A stretch of 43,957 bases of DNA, taken from Chiloscyllium plagiosum (lineage: Eukaryota). Location of the stretch: assembly GCF_004010195.1 (NCBI RefSeq), contig NC_057749.1:12516591-12560547 (forward strand), read 5' to 3'. Below the pieces are notes generated by a model that was not told the DNA's origin, ran no database searches, and worked only from the letters and a program-made list of their open reading frames with translations. The position numbers and the translations under genes were made by a program. Within the stretch, counting starts at the first letter, position 1; every line of letters starts with the position of its first letter. Shown here in pieces: positions 1 through 11,669 of the stretch.

Positions 1-92
1 ATTCTGAAATTTAAAGATTGAACAAGATTATTTGTAAGTGGGGATCAGACTTTAGAGAATAGATGGGAGAGTTTGTATTTTTAAAGTTTAGT

Positions 93-240
93 TTTCAGGA
101 TGTTGCTGACAAGGCCAGAGTTTATTGCTATGAGAAGGTAGTGGTGAGTCTAGCTGAGCAACTACAGTCAGTGTGCTGTACATACACTGTGCTGTTAGCG
201 ACGGAGTTCCAGGATTTTGAAACAGTGACAATACAACAGG
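93..240 (-). mobile_element. Degenerate LINE 3' end fragment (same family as 5410-5609)
   Basis: Its reverse complement resembles 5410-5609 (gagttccaggattttga vs tcaaactcttggaattc; gagaaggtagtggtgag vs tttacaacaccttc). Confidence 0.45.
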
Positions 241-371
241 TGAGAAAGAGGGTAGGATTTTTACTAGTTAAAAAGATGGTTGCCTTTATTCCTACTGTTT
301 TCTTTTTGTATTTCATATTATGCTCTGTTATCTGACTTCCCTTTCTTAATAATGTCTGTTTAAAAATGTAG

Positions 372-508
372 GTTCCAGAAGATCACTTTGGTCGGAAGTG
401 GTAGTCTACAGATAAGTGATGTCTCAGAAGATGATGCTGGGATTTACAACTGCATTGTGGAGAATGGGAATGAAACGATGCATGCTCAAACAGAGCTTAG
501 TGTGCAAG
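372..508 (+). CDS. NEO1: Neogenin internal exon (~exon 5), C-terminal half of Ig3: FQKITLVGSGSLQISDVSEDDAGIYNCIVENGNETMHAQTELSVQ
   Basis: tgtAG acceptor (370-371) and GT donor (509); 137 nt, phase 2 to phase 1; Ig L.I..V...D.G.Y.C motif; NET sequon; splices in frame to the exon at 13907. Confidence 0.95.
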
Positions 509-835
509 GTACAATAACCAAACATATAACTAAGTGTGTTGGGGATATCTCAGCTCCTTTAGATGATCACTCTCAGTTTGGGTAATTACACAAATCAGGC
601 ACGATCCATTTACTATTAACACAATAATGCTTTGCGCAGTGGAGTGTGTGATGTGTGTAGTTAAGGTCTGTGTGGGGTGAGTAGATGGTATAATTGTTTA
701 TTTGTTGTTCAGACACAAATCATTCAGCCCAACAATCTAACGAGCTTTCTCCTATCTCACTTCCTTTCACCCACTAAGCATAGCCTTCGATTACTTTCTC
801 ATTTATTTAGGAAAGCTCTTCGAAACTTATCGAAA

Positions 836-940
836 ATGAAAGCAAATAATGCAGATGCTAAAAAACTGAAATTTTAAAAAAAATCCTAGCGAAACTCAGC
901 AGGTCTGATAGCATATGTAGAGAGAAAAACAGTTTCGACA
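836..940 (-). mobile_element. Short Penelope-like-derived repeat fragment
   Basis: tgcagatgct...aaactcagcaggtctgatagcatatgtagagaga matches copies at 36815-36915 and, in reverse, 40117-40230. Confidence 0.55.
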
Positions 941-1379
941 GCACTTTGTGTTTTTGTTTTATATTTTATCTCATAAATGAACACACATTCTAATGATAAC
1001 ATTGTTTTGGACACTGGAACCAGAAACAGCTTTTTGCTCATTTGCTCCCCTCCTGCTATGAGGATGCTGCTGATGAAGAGGTTTTGCATGTTCCAAAAGC
1101 ATAGTCCCACCTAAGTATAAATTTAAATCTTGAAAATAATCTGGAGTCCAGCAGGGAAATGCTGTCAAAAACTTGTCATTTAATTCTTTCTTTGATTTTT
1201 TTTTCTGAGCATTGCCAGTTTCCAGCTTCTGACCAGGCTTGCTCACAACAGTTATGAGTCTAGCCCTTTCTGAGCCTATTTGGCCTGTTCCATTTATATG
1301 GAGATGTTGGATGTGCTCTGGGTGTTTACTGTGTTGGTTCATGCACATAGTCCCATTTCCTTTCAGGTTTTCTTCTTCA

Positions 1380-1640
1380 TCCCAGATCCCAATCCTGATC
1401 TGTGCTACTGACTTAATTGCAATTTATGCCTTTGAGTCCCTCAGGTTGGTAAGGGAATGTCAGCCAGAATTTTGCATCCCGATCACTATTCAATGCCCTG
1501 ACCCCAACTAGACAACGACCATCAGTGTTGGGCAGGAGCCAATGTTACTCTGATGCCTACTATGGTTGACTAGCCTGGTTGCAGATCGGAGATACTTTGG
1601 AAATGGTCATTTTGGAAAGTACTAGCAGCTGACCTGAGAA
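1380..1640 (+). mobile_element. Ancient, highly degenerate SINE-like repeat (AmnSINE2-like from memory)
   Basis: aagggaatgtcagcc...cccgatcactattca resembles the reverse complement of motifs at 15197-15215 and 27780-27817. Confidence 0.4.
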
Positions 1641-1880
1641 TTAACAGTAATATGTTTGAACTCAGCAGTACGATGCCTGGTTCCCTTCTCCCAAACTCCA
1701 GTTGTTTGGTGAGCACTCTGAGCTGTGAGATCAAATATTGAAGATTATTAAATCACTGCTGCTAGCAGTGGAATGAGATTAAAGTAATGAATTAAGATTA
1801 AATCACACATAGAATGTATCATACAGACATATGTCCAATAGGCCATCAAACTTTAAGATATAGAAGCAGACGTGGCCAAT

Positions 1881-3454
1881 CATAGAGTCATAGAGATGTA
1901 CAGCACGGAAACAGACCCTTTAGTCCAACCCGTCCATGCCGACCAGGTATCCTAACCCAATCTAGTCCCACCTGCCAGCACCTGGCCCGTATCTCTCCAA
2001 ACCCTTTCTATTCATATACCCATCCAGATGCCTCTTAAATGTTGCAGTTGTACCAGCCTCCACCACCACTTCTACTGGCATCTCATTCCATACACGTACC
2101 ACCCTCTGTGTGGAAAATGTTGCCCCGTAGCAGTTGTACCAGCCTCCACCACATCCTCTGGCAGCTCATTCCATACACATACCACCCTCTGCGTGAAAAA
2201 GTTGTCCCTTAGGTGTCTTTTGTATCTTTCTCCTCTCACCCTAAACCTATGTCCTCTAGTTCTGGACTCACCGACCCCAGGGAAAAGACTTTGTCTATTT
2301 ATCCTATTCATGCCCCTCATAATTTTGTAAACCTCTATAAGGTCACCCCTCAGCCTCCGACGCTCCANNNNNNNNNNNNNNNNNNNNNNNNNNNNNNNNN
2401 NNNNNNNNNNNNNNNNNNNNNNNNNNNNNNNNNNNNNNNNNNNNNNNNNNNNNNNNNNNNNNNNNNNNNNNNNNNNNNNNNNNNNNNNNNNNNNNNNNNN
2501 NNNNNNNNNNNNNNNNNNNNNNNNNNNNNNNNNNNNNNNNNNNNNNNNNNNNNNNNNNNNNNNNNNNNNNNNNNNNNNNNNNNNNNNNNNNNNNNNNNNN
2601 NNNNNNNNNNNNNNNNNNNNNNNNNNNNNNNNNNNNNNNNNNNNNNNNNNNNNNNNNNNNNNNNNNNNNNNNNNNNNNNNNNNNNNNNNNNNNNNNNNNN
2701 NNNNNNNNNNNNNNNNNNNNNNNNNNNNNNNNNNNNNNNNNNNNNNNNNNNNNNNNNNNNNNNNNNNNNNNNNNNNNNNNNNNNNNNNNNNNNNNNNNNN
2801 NNNNNNNNNNNNNNNNNNNNNNNNNNNNNNNNNNNNNNNNNNNNNNNNNNNNNNNNNNNNNNNNNNNNNNNNNNNNNNNNNNNNNNNNNNNNNNNNNNNN
2901 NNNNNNNNNNNNNNNNNNNNNNNNNNNNNNNNNNNNNNNNNNNNNNNNNNNNNNNNNNNNNNNNNNNNNNNNNNNNNNNNNNNNNNNNNNNNNNNNNNNN
3001 NNNNNNNNNNNNNNNNNNNNNNNNNNNNNNNNNNNNNNNNNNNNNNNNNNNNNNNNNNNNNNNNNNNNNNNNNNNNNNNNNNNNNNNNNNNNNNNNNNNN
3101 NACCTCACCTGTGACTATCGATGATACAAATATCTCAGCAAGAGGCCCAGCAATCACTTCTCTAGCTTCCCACAGAGTTCTTGGGTACACCTGATCAGGT
3201 CCTGGGGAGTTATGCACCTTTAACCATTTCAAAGCATCCAGCACTTCCTCCTCTGTAATCTGGGCATTTTGCAAGATGTCACCATCTATTTCCCTACGGT
3301 CTATATCTTCCATATCCTTTTCCACAGTAAATACTGATGCAAAATATTCATTTAATATCTCCCCCATTTTCTGTGGCTCCACACAAAGGCCGCCTTGCTG
3401 ATCTTTGAGGGGCCCTATTCTCTCTCTAGTTACCCTTTTGTCCTTAATATATTT
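1881..3454 (-). mobile_element. Young 5'-truncated CR1/HER1-like LINE spanning an assembly gap
   Basis: Minus-strand ORF2 peptides SPGPDQVYPRTLWEAREVIAGPL and ERRRLRGDLIEVYKIMRG; 3' tail (catagagt)2; very similar to the copy at 7529-10111. Confidence 0.92.
2368..3101. other. Assembly gap (734 N)
   Basis: Run of N inside the LINE. Confidence 1.
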
Positions 3455-4061
3455 CAGCCCATTAAGTCTGCTCTGCCATTCAACAAGACCTTTGCTGATT
3501 TGATAATCCTCAACTCCACTTCCCAGCCTTTTCCCCATAACGTTTGATTCCCTTCCTGATTGAATTTTTGTTTGTCTCAGCCTTGAATATACTTAATGAC
3601 CCAGCTTCGACAGCCCTCTGTAAAGAATTCCATAGATTCATTACTATCTGAGAGATGAAATTCCTCCTTATCTCTGTCTTAAATGTGCAATCTCTTATTC
3701 TGAGATTGACTTCTGGTCATAGACTGTCCCACAAGGACAAACAAATTTTCATCATCAACCCTGTTCCCTAAGTGCCCTAAGAACCTTGTATGATTCAATA
3801 ATGTCTCCTCGCATTCTTTTAAACTCCAGTGAATACAACTCCAACCTACTCGAACTCTCCTCATAAGAGAAACCCTATCTATCCAGAAATGATCTTGTTA
3901 ATCTTCCCTGGACTGCCTCCAATACCTGGATACCTGGATCCAGATACCGGGATATCTTTCCTAGAAAACAATTCAGAATATTCCAACTGTGGTCTGACCC
4001 GTGCTTTGTATAACTTTTAGCAAGGTTTTCTGAATTGTATACTGCATTCCCATTGTAATGA

Positions 4062-4267
4062 GTGGTTGGTTAGCTCAGTTGGCTGAATAGACTGTTTGTG
4101 ATGCAGTGAGGGTTCAAATCCCACACCGGCAGAAGTTACCATGAAGGACTCTCCGTCTCAACATCTCCCCTCACCGAAAGCACTGGTAACCCTCGTGTTA
4201 AACCGCTACCAATCATCTCTTTAATGAGATAGCAACCTTATGGTCAGGAGGACTGTGGCAACATTAT
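4062..4267 (+). mobile_element. tRNA-derived SINE (family A)
   Basis: Pol III box A tagctcagttgg (4071-4082) and box B ggttcaaatccc (4111-4122); a full-length homologue lies on the - strand at 29141-29357. Confidence 0.8.
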
Positions 4268-5409
4268 CCTCTGAAATCAAGACTAATATTCCATTTGCCT
4301 TTTTTGTAAGCTGCTGAACTTTGATGCTAACTTTTTGTGATTCACAGAAGATGACCCCAGAATCCGTCTGTGCTTGCTCAGCTTTGTGTAGTCTTTCTCC
4401 GTTTAAATAATATTCAGTTCCTCTATTCTTTTTGTCAAAGGGCATGACCTCAGACTTTGATACATTATATTCCATCTATCAAACCTTCTCACCCCAGGCA
4501 TGGTGTTGCTTGATGAATCTGGTAATTTGGTTAAATATCAAGGCTTGTAACTATGCTGAATAGATGTGGTCACTGGGGACTGGAAACTCCCTCTGCACAA
4601 AACAGCAATTAAAGCAATACTTAAATGTTGAGCCTTTCATAGAAGCTATCTTTAGGGGCTGCAGTTTCCTCTTCCCCTTCCTTTTGTTTGAAGATGGAGT
4701 ACAACATAAAATTCAGCAGCTGGCTCACCGTGACCTGTCTGAAATGTTGCATGTTGTAGTGAAGCTCTTGGCTGGCCCACTTGCCCTTAGGCCTAACAAA
4801 GCCTGAGGTGGTTGGTTAATAGCCACTAAAGGGCTACCTCCCACTGCTGGTAATTTAGCTGTGGGGAGGCGAAGCCCAGGCCATGTGGGAAGCAGGCAGC
4901 TTTGGCTGTGGGGTCACTTAGCCAAGTTAGAGGGTGGGAATCCTGTCTGAGAATTGCCTGGATTCATTGGTACCACCCCATTCTGCTCCTTTAACTGTTC
5001 TCATAGCCTCTTGAACTTGGTCCCCATATTGCTCCTTGACCACTCACTTCTCCAACTGAGGTACCGCTCTCAGAGAACTTTGGCCCTCGATGTTGTGCCT
5101 CCTTAATTTTGGTGACCACCTGTTGTCCCAGTGGCACTCTCGAATTAGAGTTACCACATTACTGACTAGCTAATTGTTGTGTTAGGTGGGAGTTACTCCC
5201 ACTTTGAATCAATAAAGCTAGCTCCCAGTGTTAAACTGCTGAGGGACAGCTGTCATTGTGGGCAGGTTCCCCCAAGCCCGACTGGCCTTTAGCTAGGGAT
5301 GGGGCTTGGGCCATGGTACCTGGTAAAATATAACTCCAGAATGTTAGATCTTTTAGAACTTTAGAAATTTAAACCAACCCTTTTTCATACGCTAATGACA
5401 CACGCACCA

Positions 5410-5609
5410 TCCTGACTTGCTGTTCCTTCAGTGTTGCTGGATCAAACTCTTGGAATTCCCTCCCAAATAGCATTGTGAGTGTCCCTAAAGCCAAAGATCT
5501 GCAGCAGTTCAAGAAGGCAATTTACAACACCTTCCCCAGGGCAATTAGGGATGACCAACTCATGCTGATCGAGCCAGCGATTCCCACATACCATGGACAA
5601 ATAAAAAAA
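5410..5609 (+). mobile_element. LINE 3' end fragment with A-rich tail
   Basis: tggaattccctccc (WNSLP, typical of an ORF2 C-terminus), then gggcaattagggatg...cccacataccatg...aataaaaaaa. Confidence 0.7.
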
Positions 5610-6844
5610 GTGAAGCTATGTTCCTAGAAAGTAGAGGAAGTGCCCTGAGAACAGGAGGTGAGCAGATCAGTAAATAATGTGATTTGCTCCTTATTTTCTC
5701 TCCTGTCCCTGTGTAAGATTAAAGTGCAGTTTTTAGTCTGTTGTATCTGTTGCAGTTTTAGTCACGCTTCCGACCTTTGTTCATTCACCCTTTTGCACTC
5801 CCTGTGAAAGAGATGTTTCCGAAGTTTGACTCTAATGTCTGAGTTTTATGTGTATTTTCCACATGTGTGACGTAGAGGATGATTGAATCCACCTGGAGTA
5901 ATTAGGTTGTGTCTGCAGCTCACTTTAGTTGAATTGTTGGTGATTTCATAATCTGGCCTTTTGGTCAATGAAGTGCTGAACATTTGTGTAATGTAATCAC
6001 CTGGTGACATTTGATCAATTTGTCAGGTGTTAGGAGTGTGATTCACAATCTGGTTATTAGCAAATTTCCTAACCTGACTGGAAAGAAACCTCGATAGAGG
6101 AGGTTATATCAGTTTTAAAAATGAATGTTTACAACAATCTAATCTTTGAATCAGTGCATAGACCAAAGACTTGAACTGGCAAACCAGCTGCAGTGCTCTA
6201 TGTATTTGCAGAAATACCTAAGTCTGCCTTCTGTGTGGCGGGTGCACACTTGCTCCCTGAAATGAGCACAGGGTGAAGCTGATCTGTATTTTGCTCCCTG
6301 CTCCAATAGGCCACCTTTGGGTAAAGTCTGACAAATGATCTAAGATTCTTGACAAATTGTTCAAATAAATGAGCATTGTACAGTCTAAAGTGACCTATTC
6401 CATCAAACAGCTAACAATCCCAGTGTGGTTTCAGGCCAGGTGCCTTGGACCATAACAGCTCCCACATACAGATACATCTAACTGGATTTGTGATTTGCTC
6501 ATTGCAGCTGTTTCAGACACTAATGATTTTATATAAGTGATGAGTAATTAGTAGCTATAGCAACAGGCTGTGCCAGTCATTAAGATGCAACTGAGTTTAA
6601 TGAAGATTTGGTAAAGGATGAAGCCATGGACTCAGCTCCCATGTTTATTGTAGTTTACCTATTAGAGAGACATCAAACGGTGACTTGACTTTAAACTAAT
6701 TCTGCAAGTGTTGATAAACAAATTATTTATTTCACGTTGTAATAAAATAAAAATGTTCAGTAATAAGTCTACAGTTATGAAACTGTTTAGCCCATCTTAA
6801 TTCACAGATTCAGAAAACCCCATATAAACCTCTTCCTCAGTTGA

Positions 6845-7181
6845 TTTTTTTATATTGATTCATGGGATGAGGGTTTCAGTGTCTAGGCAAGCAGTTATTG
6901 CCCACCCCTAATTGTCTGAAGGGCAATTAAGAGTCAACTACGTTACTGTGAGTCTGGAGTCATATGTAGGCCAGACCATGTAAGGATGGGCATTCGTGAA
7001 CCATATAGGTCTTTCTGACAATTTGCAATGGATTCATGGGCATCATTAGACTCCTAATTCCAGATATTATTAAATTCAAATTATACCATCTGCCATGGCA
7101 GGATTTGGATCTGGGTCCCCAGCACATTACCTGGGTCTGGATTAACAGTCCAGTGATAATACCACTAGGCCATCACCTCCC
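6845..7181 (-). mobile_element. tRNA-derived SINE (family B) with LINE-derived tail
   Basis: The minus strand begins gggaggtgatggcctagtggt (box A), has a degenerate box B (gatccaaatcc), and ends in a tail shared with 5540-5609 plus a poly(A). Confidence 0.8.
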
Positions 7182-7294
7182 TCCCTCCCTTGTTCCTTCT
7201 GTTATTTTTGCTGAGAAACACATGGTTAAAGCTTTTTGTCTTTTAATCATCCGGACAATTCGCAGGAGATACCAGGGTAAAGGAGAAACAAAAA

Positions 7295-10200
7295 TATGAA
7301 CTTGTTGAATGTAAATTTCAGAACTAGTTTGATGCTATGTTGTACATGGTATGTTCCAGACTACTTATCAAATGGTATATTGCTTTTGATGTTCGCAAGA
7401 AGCCAGGTACTGACCATACCCAACTCTTCCATGCCTGCAAAACTTTTGACAGTGTCCAACATTAGATATGATTCTGGACAATATTAGTTGGATTATCCTG
7501 AGTGTGTAAAGAAAAACATGGACTATCATAGAGTCATAGAGATGTACAGCATGGAAATAGACTCTTCGGTCCAACCCGCCCATGCCGACCAGATATCCCA
7601 ACCCAATGTAGTCCCACCTTCCAGCACCCGGCCCATATCCCTCCAAACCCTTCCTGTTCATATACCCATCCAAATACCTCTTAAATGTTGCAATTGTACC
7701 AGCCTCCACCACATCCTCTGGCAGCTCATTCCATCCACGTACCATCCTCTGCGTCAAAAGGTTGCTCCTTAGGTCTCTTTTATATCTTTCCCTTCTCACC
7801 CTAAACCTATGCCCTCTAGTTCTAGACTCCCCAACCCCAGGGAAAAGACTTTGTCTATTTATCCTATCCATGCCCCCTCATAATTTTGTAAACCTGAATA
7901 AGGTCACCCCTCAGCCTCCGAAGCTCCAGGGAAAATAGCCCCAGCCTGTTCAGCCTCTCCTTGTAGTTCAGATCCTCCAACCCTGGCAACATCCTTGTAA
8001 ATCTTTTCTGAACCCTTTCAAGTTTCACAACATCTTTCTGATAATGAGGAGACCAGAATTGCACGCAATATTCCAACAGTGGCCTAATCAATGTCCTGTA
8101 CATTGACCTCCCAACTTCTGTACTCAATACTCTGACCAATAAAGGAAAGCATACCAAACGCCTTCTTCACTATCCTATCTACCAGCGACTCCAATTTCAA
8201 GGAGCTAGGAACCTGCACTCCAAGGTCTCTTTGTTCAGCAACACTCCCTAGGATCTGCTAAGTGTGTGAGTCCTGCTAAGATTTGCTTTCCCAAAATGCC
8301 GCACCTCGCATTTATCTGAATTAAATTCCATCTGCCACTTCTCAGCCCATTGGCCCATCTGGTCCAGATCCTGTTGTAATCTGAGGTAAACCTCTTCGCT
8401 GTCCACTACACCTCCAATTTTGGTGTCATCTGCAAACTTACTAACTGTACTCCTTATGCTCGCATCCAAATCATTTATGTAAATGACAAAAAGTAGGGGG
8501 CCCAGCACCGATCCTTGTGGCACTCCACTGGTCATAGGCCTCCAGTCTGAAAAACAACCCTCCACCACCACCGTCTGTCTTCTACCTTTGAGCCAGATCT
8601 GTATCCAAATGGCTAGTTCTCCCTGTATTCCATGAGATCTAACCTTGCTAATCAGTCTCCCATGGGGAACCTTGTCGAACGCCTTACTGAAGTCCATATA
8701 GATCACATCTACTGCTCTGCCCTCATCAATCTTCTTTGTTACTTCATCAAAAAACTCAATCAAGTTTGTGAGACATGATTTCCCATGCACAAAGCCATGT
8801 TGACTACCCCGAATTAGTCCTTCCCTTTCCAAATACATGTACATCCCGTCCCTCAGGATTCCCTCCAATAACTTGCCCACCACCGAGGTCAGGCTCACTG
8901 ATGTATAGTTCCCTGGCTTGGCCTTACCATCCTTCTTAACCAGTGGCACCACGTTTGCCTACCTCCAGTCTTCTGGCATCTCACCTGTGACTATCGATGA
9001 AACAAATATCTCTGCAAGAGGCCCAGCAATCACTTCTCTAGCTTCCCACAGAGTTCTCGGGTACACCTGATCAGGTCCTGGGGATTTATCCACCTTTCAC
9101 CGTTTCAAGACATCCAGCACTTCCTCCTCTGTAATCTGGACATTTTGCAAGATGTCACCATCTAGTTCCCTACAGTCTATATTTTCTATATCCTTTTCCA
9201 CAGTAAGTACTGATGCAAAATATTCATTTAGTATCTCCCCCTTTTTCTGTGGCTCCACACAAAGGCCGCTTTGCTAATCTTTGAGGGGCCCCTATTCTCT
9301 CCCTTTTGTCCTTAATATATTTGTAAAACCCCTTAGAATTAAGGAGAATCCAATTTGCCAAAGCTATCTCAAGTCCCCGTTTTGCCCTCCTGATTTCCCT
9401 CTTAAGTATACTCCTACTTTCTTTATACTCTTCTAAGGATTCACTCGTTCTATCCTGTCTGTACCTGACATATGCTTCCTTCTTTTTCTTAACCAAACCC
9501 TCAATTTCTTTAGTCATCCAGCATACGCTATAGTTTCCAGCCTTCCCTTTCACCCTGACAGGAATATACTTTCTCTGGATTCTCTGGATTTCTGAAGGCT
9601 TCCCATTTTCCAACCATCCCTTTACCTGCGAACATCTGCCTCCAATCAGCTTTTGAAAGTTCTTGCCTAATTGGCCTTTCTCCAATTTAGAACTTAAACT
9701 TTTAGATCTGGTCTATCCTTTTCCATCATTATTGTTCCACCCAAATAACTTCCCTGGATGTATTTCCAGGAATATCCTCCCTTAGGACAGCTGTAATGCT
9801 ATCCCTTATCAAGAATGCCACTCCCCCTCCTCTCTTGCCTTCCTTTCTATCCTTCCTGTAGCATTTGTATCCTGGAACATTAAGCTGCCAGTCCTGCCCA
9901 TCCCTGAGCCATGTTTCCGTAATTGCTATGATATCCAAGTCCCATGTTCCTAACCATGCCCTGAATTCATCTACCTTCCCTGTTAGGCCCCTTGCATTGA
10001 AATAAATGCATTTTAATTTATTAGTCCTACCTTGTCCCTGCCTGCCCTGACTGTTTGACTCACTTCTGTTCTCAGCTGTACCCGTCTCAGATCGATCTCT
10101 TGCTTCACTGTCTATCAACTTAGGATTTTCAGTCAGGCTCTCGGTGTAGCACACCTTTCTGTGTTTGAAGTTCCATATGCTAAAACACAGGACTTTGGTC

Positions 10201-10540
10201 TTTCTATTCAGAAAGGACACGTGCACATGCTGACCTATTTCAATTCAACAAAATAGATGACATCCATTTGCTGGTTAATTTCTGAGGGCAAGTCCTTAAC
10301 CAGTCAGAGTCAATCTGCCTTGTTTAAAATTTTAACAAAACTTCACAGTTAACTATCAGCCATCATTAACTGATGAATTTTCAATAGCAACACCTCCATC
10401 AATCAGAGTCCACTTGTCAACCACTTGTCTACTCTGAAATATTATGCATGTTGTTTTCTCTTTATTTTGGTACCTCTATGATGGCCCAGGTGAATGAAAG
10501 ACAAAAAGTTTCAACCCAGAATGGTTTTCAGCAATGCTTG
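7295..10540 (+). mobile_element. Degenerate Penelope-like element 3' part (GIY-YIG endonuclease C-terminus), interrupted by a CR1 LINE
   Basis: Removing the LINE and one ctatca copy restores an open frame LDYPECVKKNMDYQLRIFSQALGVAHLSVFEVPYAKTQDFGLSIQK. This resembles the Penelope-type motif HL..NP.CA..Y...F.I...AR....L.VLEA.YI....P.LC.QK. Confidence 0.6.
7529..10111 (-). mobile_element. CR1/HER1-like LINE covering most of ORF2 (APE endonuclease + RT), frameshifted and internally deleted
   Basis: Endonuclease N-terminus CIYFNARGL...DIIAITETWL...RKDR..KRGGGVAFLI; RT motifs YMDFSKAFDKVPH, GVPQGSVLGPLLF and FADDTK; TSD ctatca at 7523-7528 and 10112-10117. Confidence 0.95.
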
Positions 10541-10544
10541 AATG

Positions 10545-10835
10545 ATGGTATAGTTTGTTTCTAGTCAACTAAGGCCAGAAGCACTAGATTCAAGTCCCAT
10601 TTCAGTGTTTGATGGCCAATGAAGATGTGTTCATAACATGGCCAAACAGGGTGATTGTCAATTTGTAAGTCCTTCCAGTATAGCAGATGATAAGATCAGT
10701 AGAGGTTCCTGGTCAGCTGTCCTGCAAAAGGCAATGGAAAACAATTGTAGTTCTTTTTCAACTATAATCATGCACCAATCCAATGGAAGTCCATGGGTTC
10801 CCAGTGTCCTCTTCAGGCGTAATATTTGAGAAAGG
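10545..10835 (+). mobile_element. Possible degenerate SINE with an RTE-like tail
   Basis: Box-B-like gattcaagtccc near 10588; aaggcaatggaaaacaattgtagt resembles RTE-partner SINE cores (from memory). Confidence 0.35.
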
Positions 10836-11404
10836 AAAGTAAGTGAAAATCAATCTAGATGAGCTGGATGAAGTGTATCCCAGCTGTGTGGGGCAAAGGA
10901 GGAAATAGCAGGGGCACTGGAAATACTTTTCAATTCCTCCCTAGCCTCAGGGGAGGTGCCAGAGGACTGGAGGACAGCCAATGTGGTACTATTATTCAAG
11001 AAGAAAGCAAGAGATGTATATTTTATATACACACTCACTCTCACTCTCGCACTCACAGTACAGGCCAGTCAAACTAACCTCAGTAGTGAGGTAACTGTTG
11101 AAAATAGTTCTGCAAGACAGAATTAATCTCTACTTGGAGAGGCGGAGATTAGTTAGTAACAGTCAGCGTGGCTTTGTTCAGGGGAGATCATATCTGACCA
11201 AGTTTGATTTGAGTTTTTTGAAAAGGTAACCAGATGTGTAGATGAGGGCAATACATTCGCTAAGACTTTTGGATGAAGTCCTGCATGGGAGACTGATAGC
11301 AAAGGGGATTTAAGGAGGTTCAGCAAATTGGATGCAGAATTGGATGAGTGGCAGGAAGCAGAGGTTGATGGGCAAGGGGTGCTTTTGTGACTGGAAGCCA
11401 TGTC

Positions 11405-11595
11405 CATCCTCCTCCTTGGTGGTCCCTTGCAGATGAGGATGACTCCCTTTCACACTCATGGTACGTCCGTATATAGCTGTAAAGACCGATATGGCTACTG
11501 CAGGCTCTGTTACACTGGGGGCAAGTGGTGGTCATAAGAAGGGGTGGTTGGGGCATTGGTGTGGCAGCACAGTCCTTCCGCTGTTTTTGCCTCAG
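11405..11595 (-). mobile_element. RTE-clade LINE 3' end fragment
   Basis: Minus-strand TCPQCNRACSSHIGLYSYIRTYH fits the RTE ORF2 C-terminal CxxC..C.SRIGL.SH.RTH motif; it interrupts the host CR1 RT frame. Confidence 0.7.
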
Positions 11596-11669
11596 GAGAA
11601 GTTCCTTTGGGAAGAATGTTGGGGCCCAATCTGTTTGTATATAAATTATTTAGACTGGAGTGCAGGAGG

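Larger units (their letters stand above)
1850..4484 (-). mobile_element. Older CR1-clade LINE 3' portion, split by a younger LINE (1881-3454) and a SINE (4062-4267)
   Basis: The 3' tail taagatatagaagcagacgtggccaat resumes at 3455 as cagcccattaagtctgctctgccattc. The minus-strand ORF MEYNVSKSEVMPFDKKNRGTEYYLNGE resembles CR1 post-RT sequence. Confidence 0.75.

Noticed and set aside
2072..3538. Long ORFs (488, 303 and 252 aa) spanning the N run
   Set aside because: Their length is an artefact of the gap; the real parts are LINE ORF2 fragments.
4062..4135. tRNA gene candidates (box A/B here and in other SINE heads)
   Set aside because: There is no cloverleaf, and each continues into a repeated SINE body.
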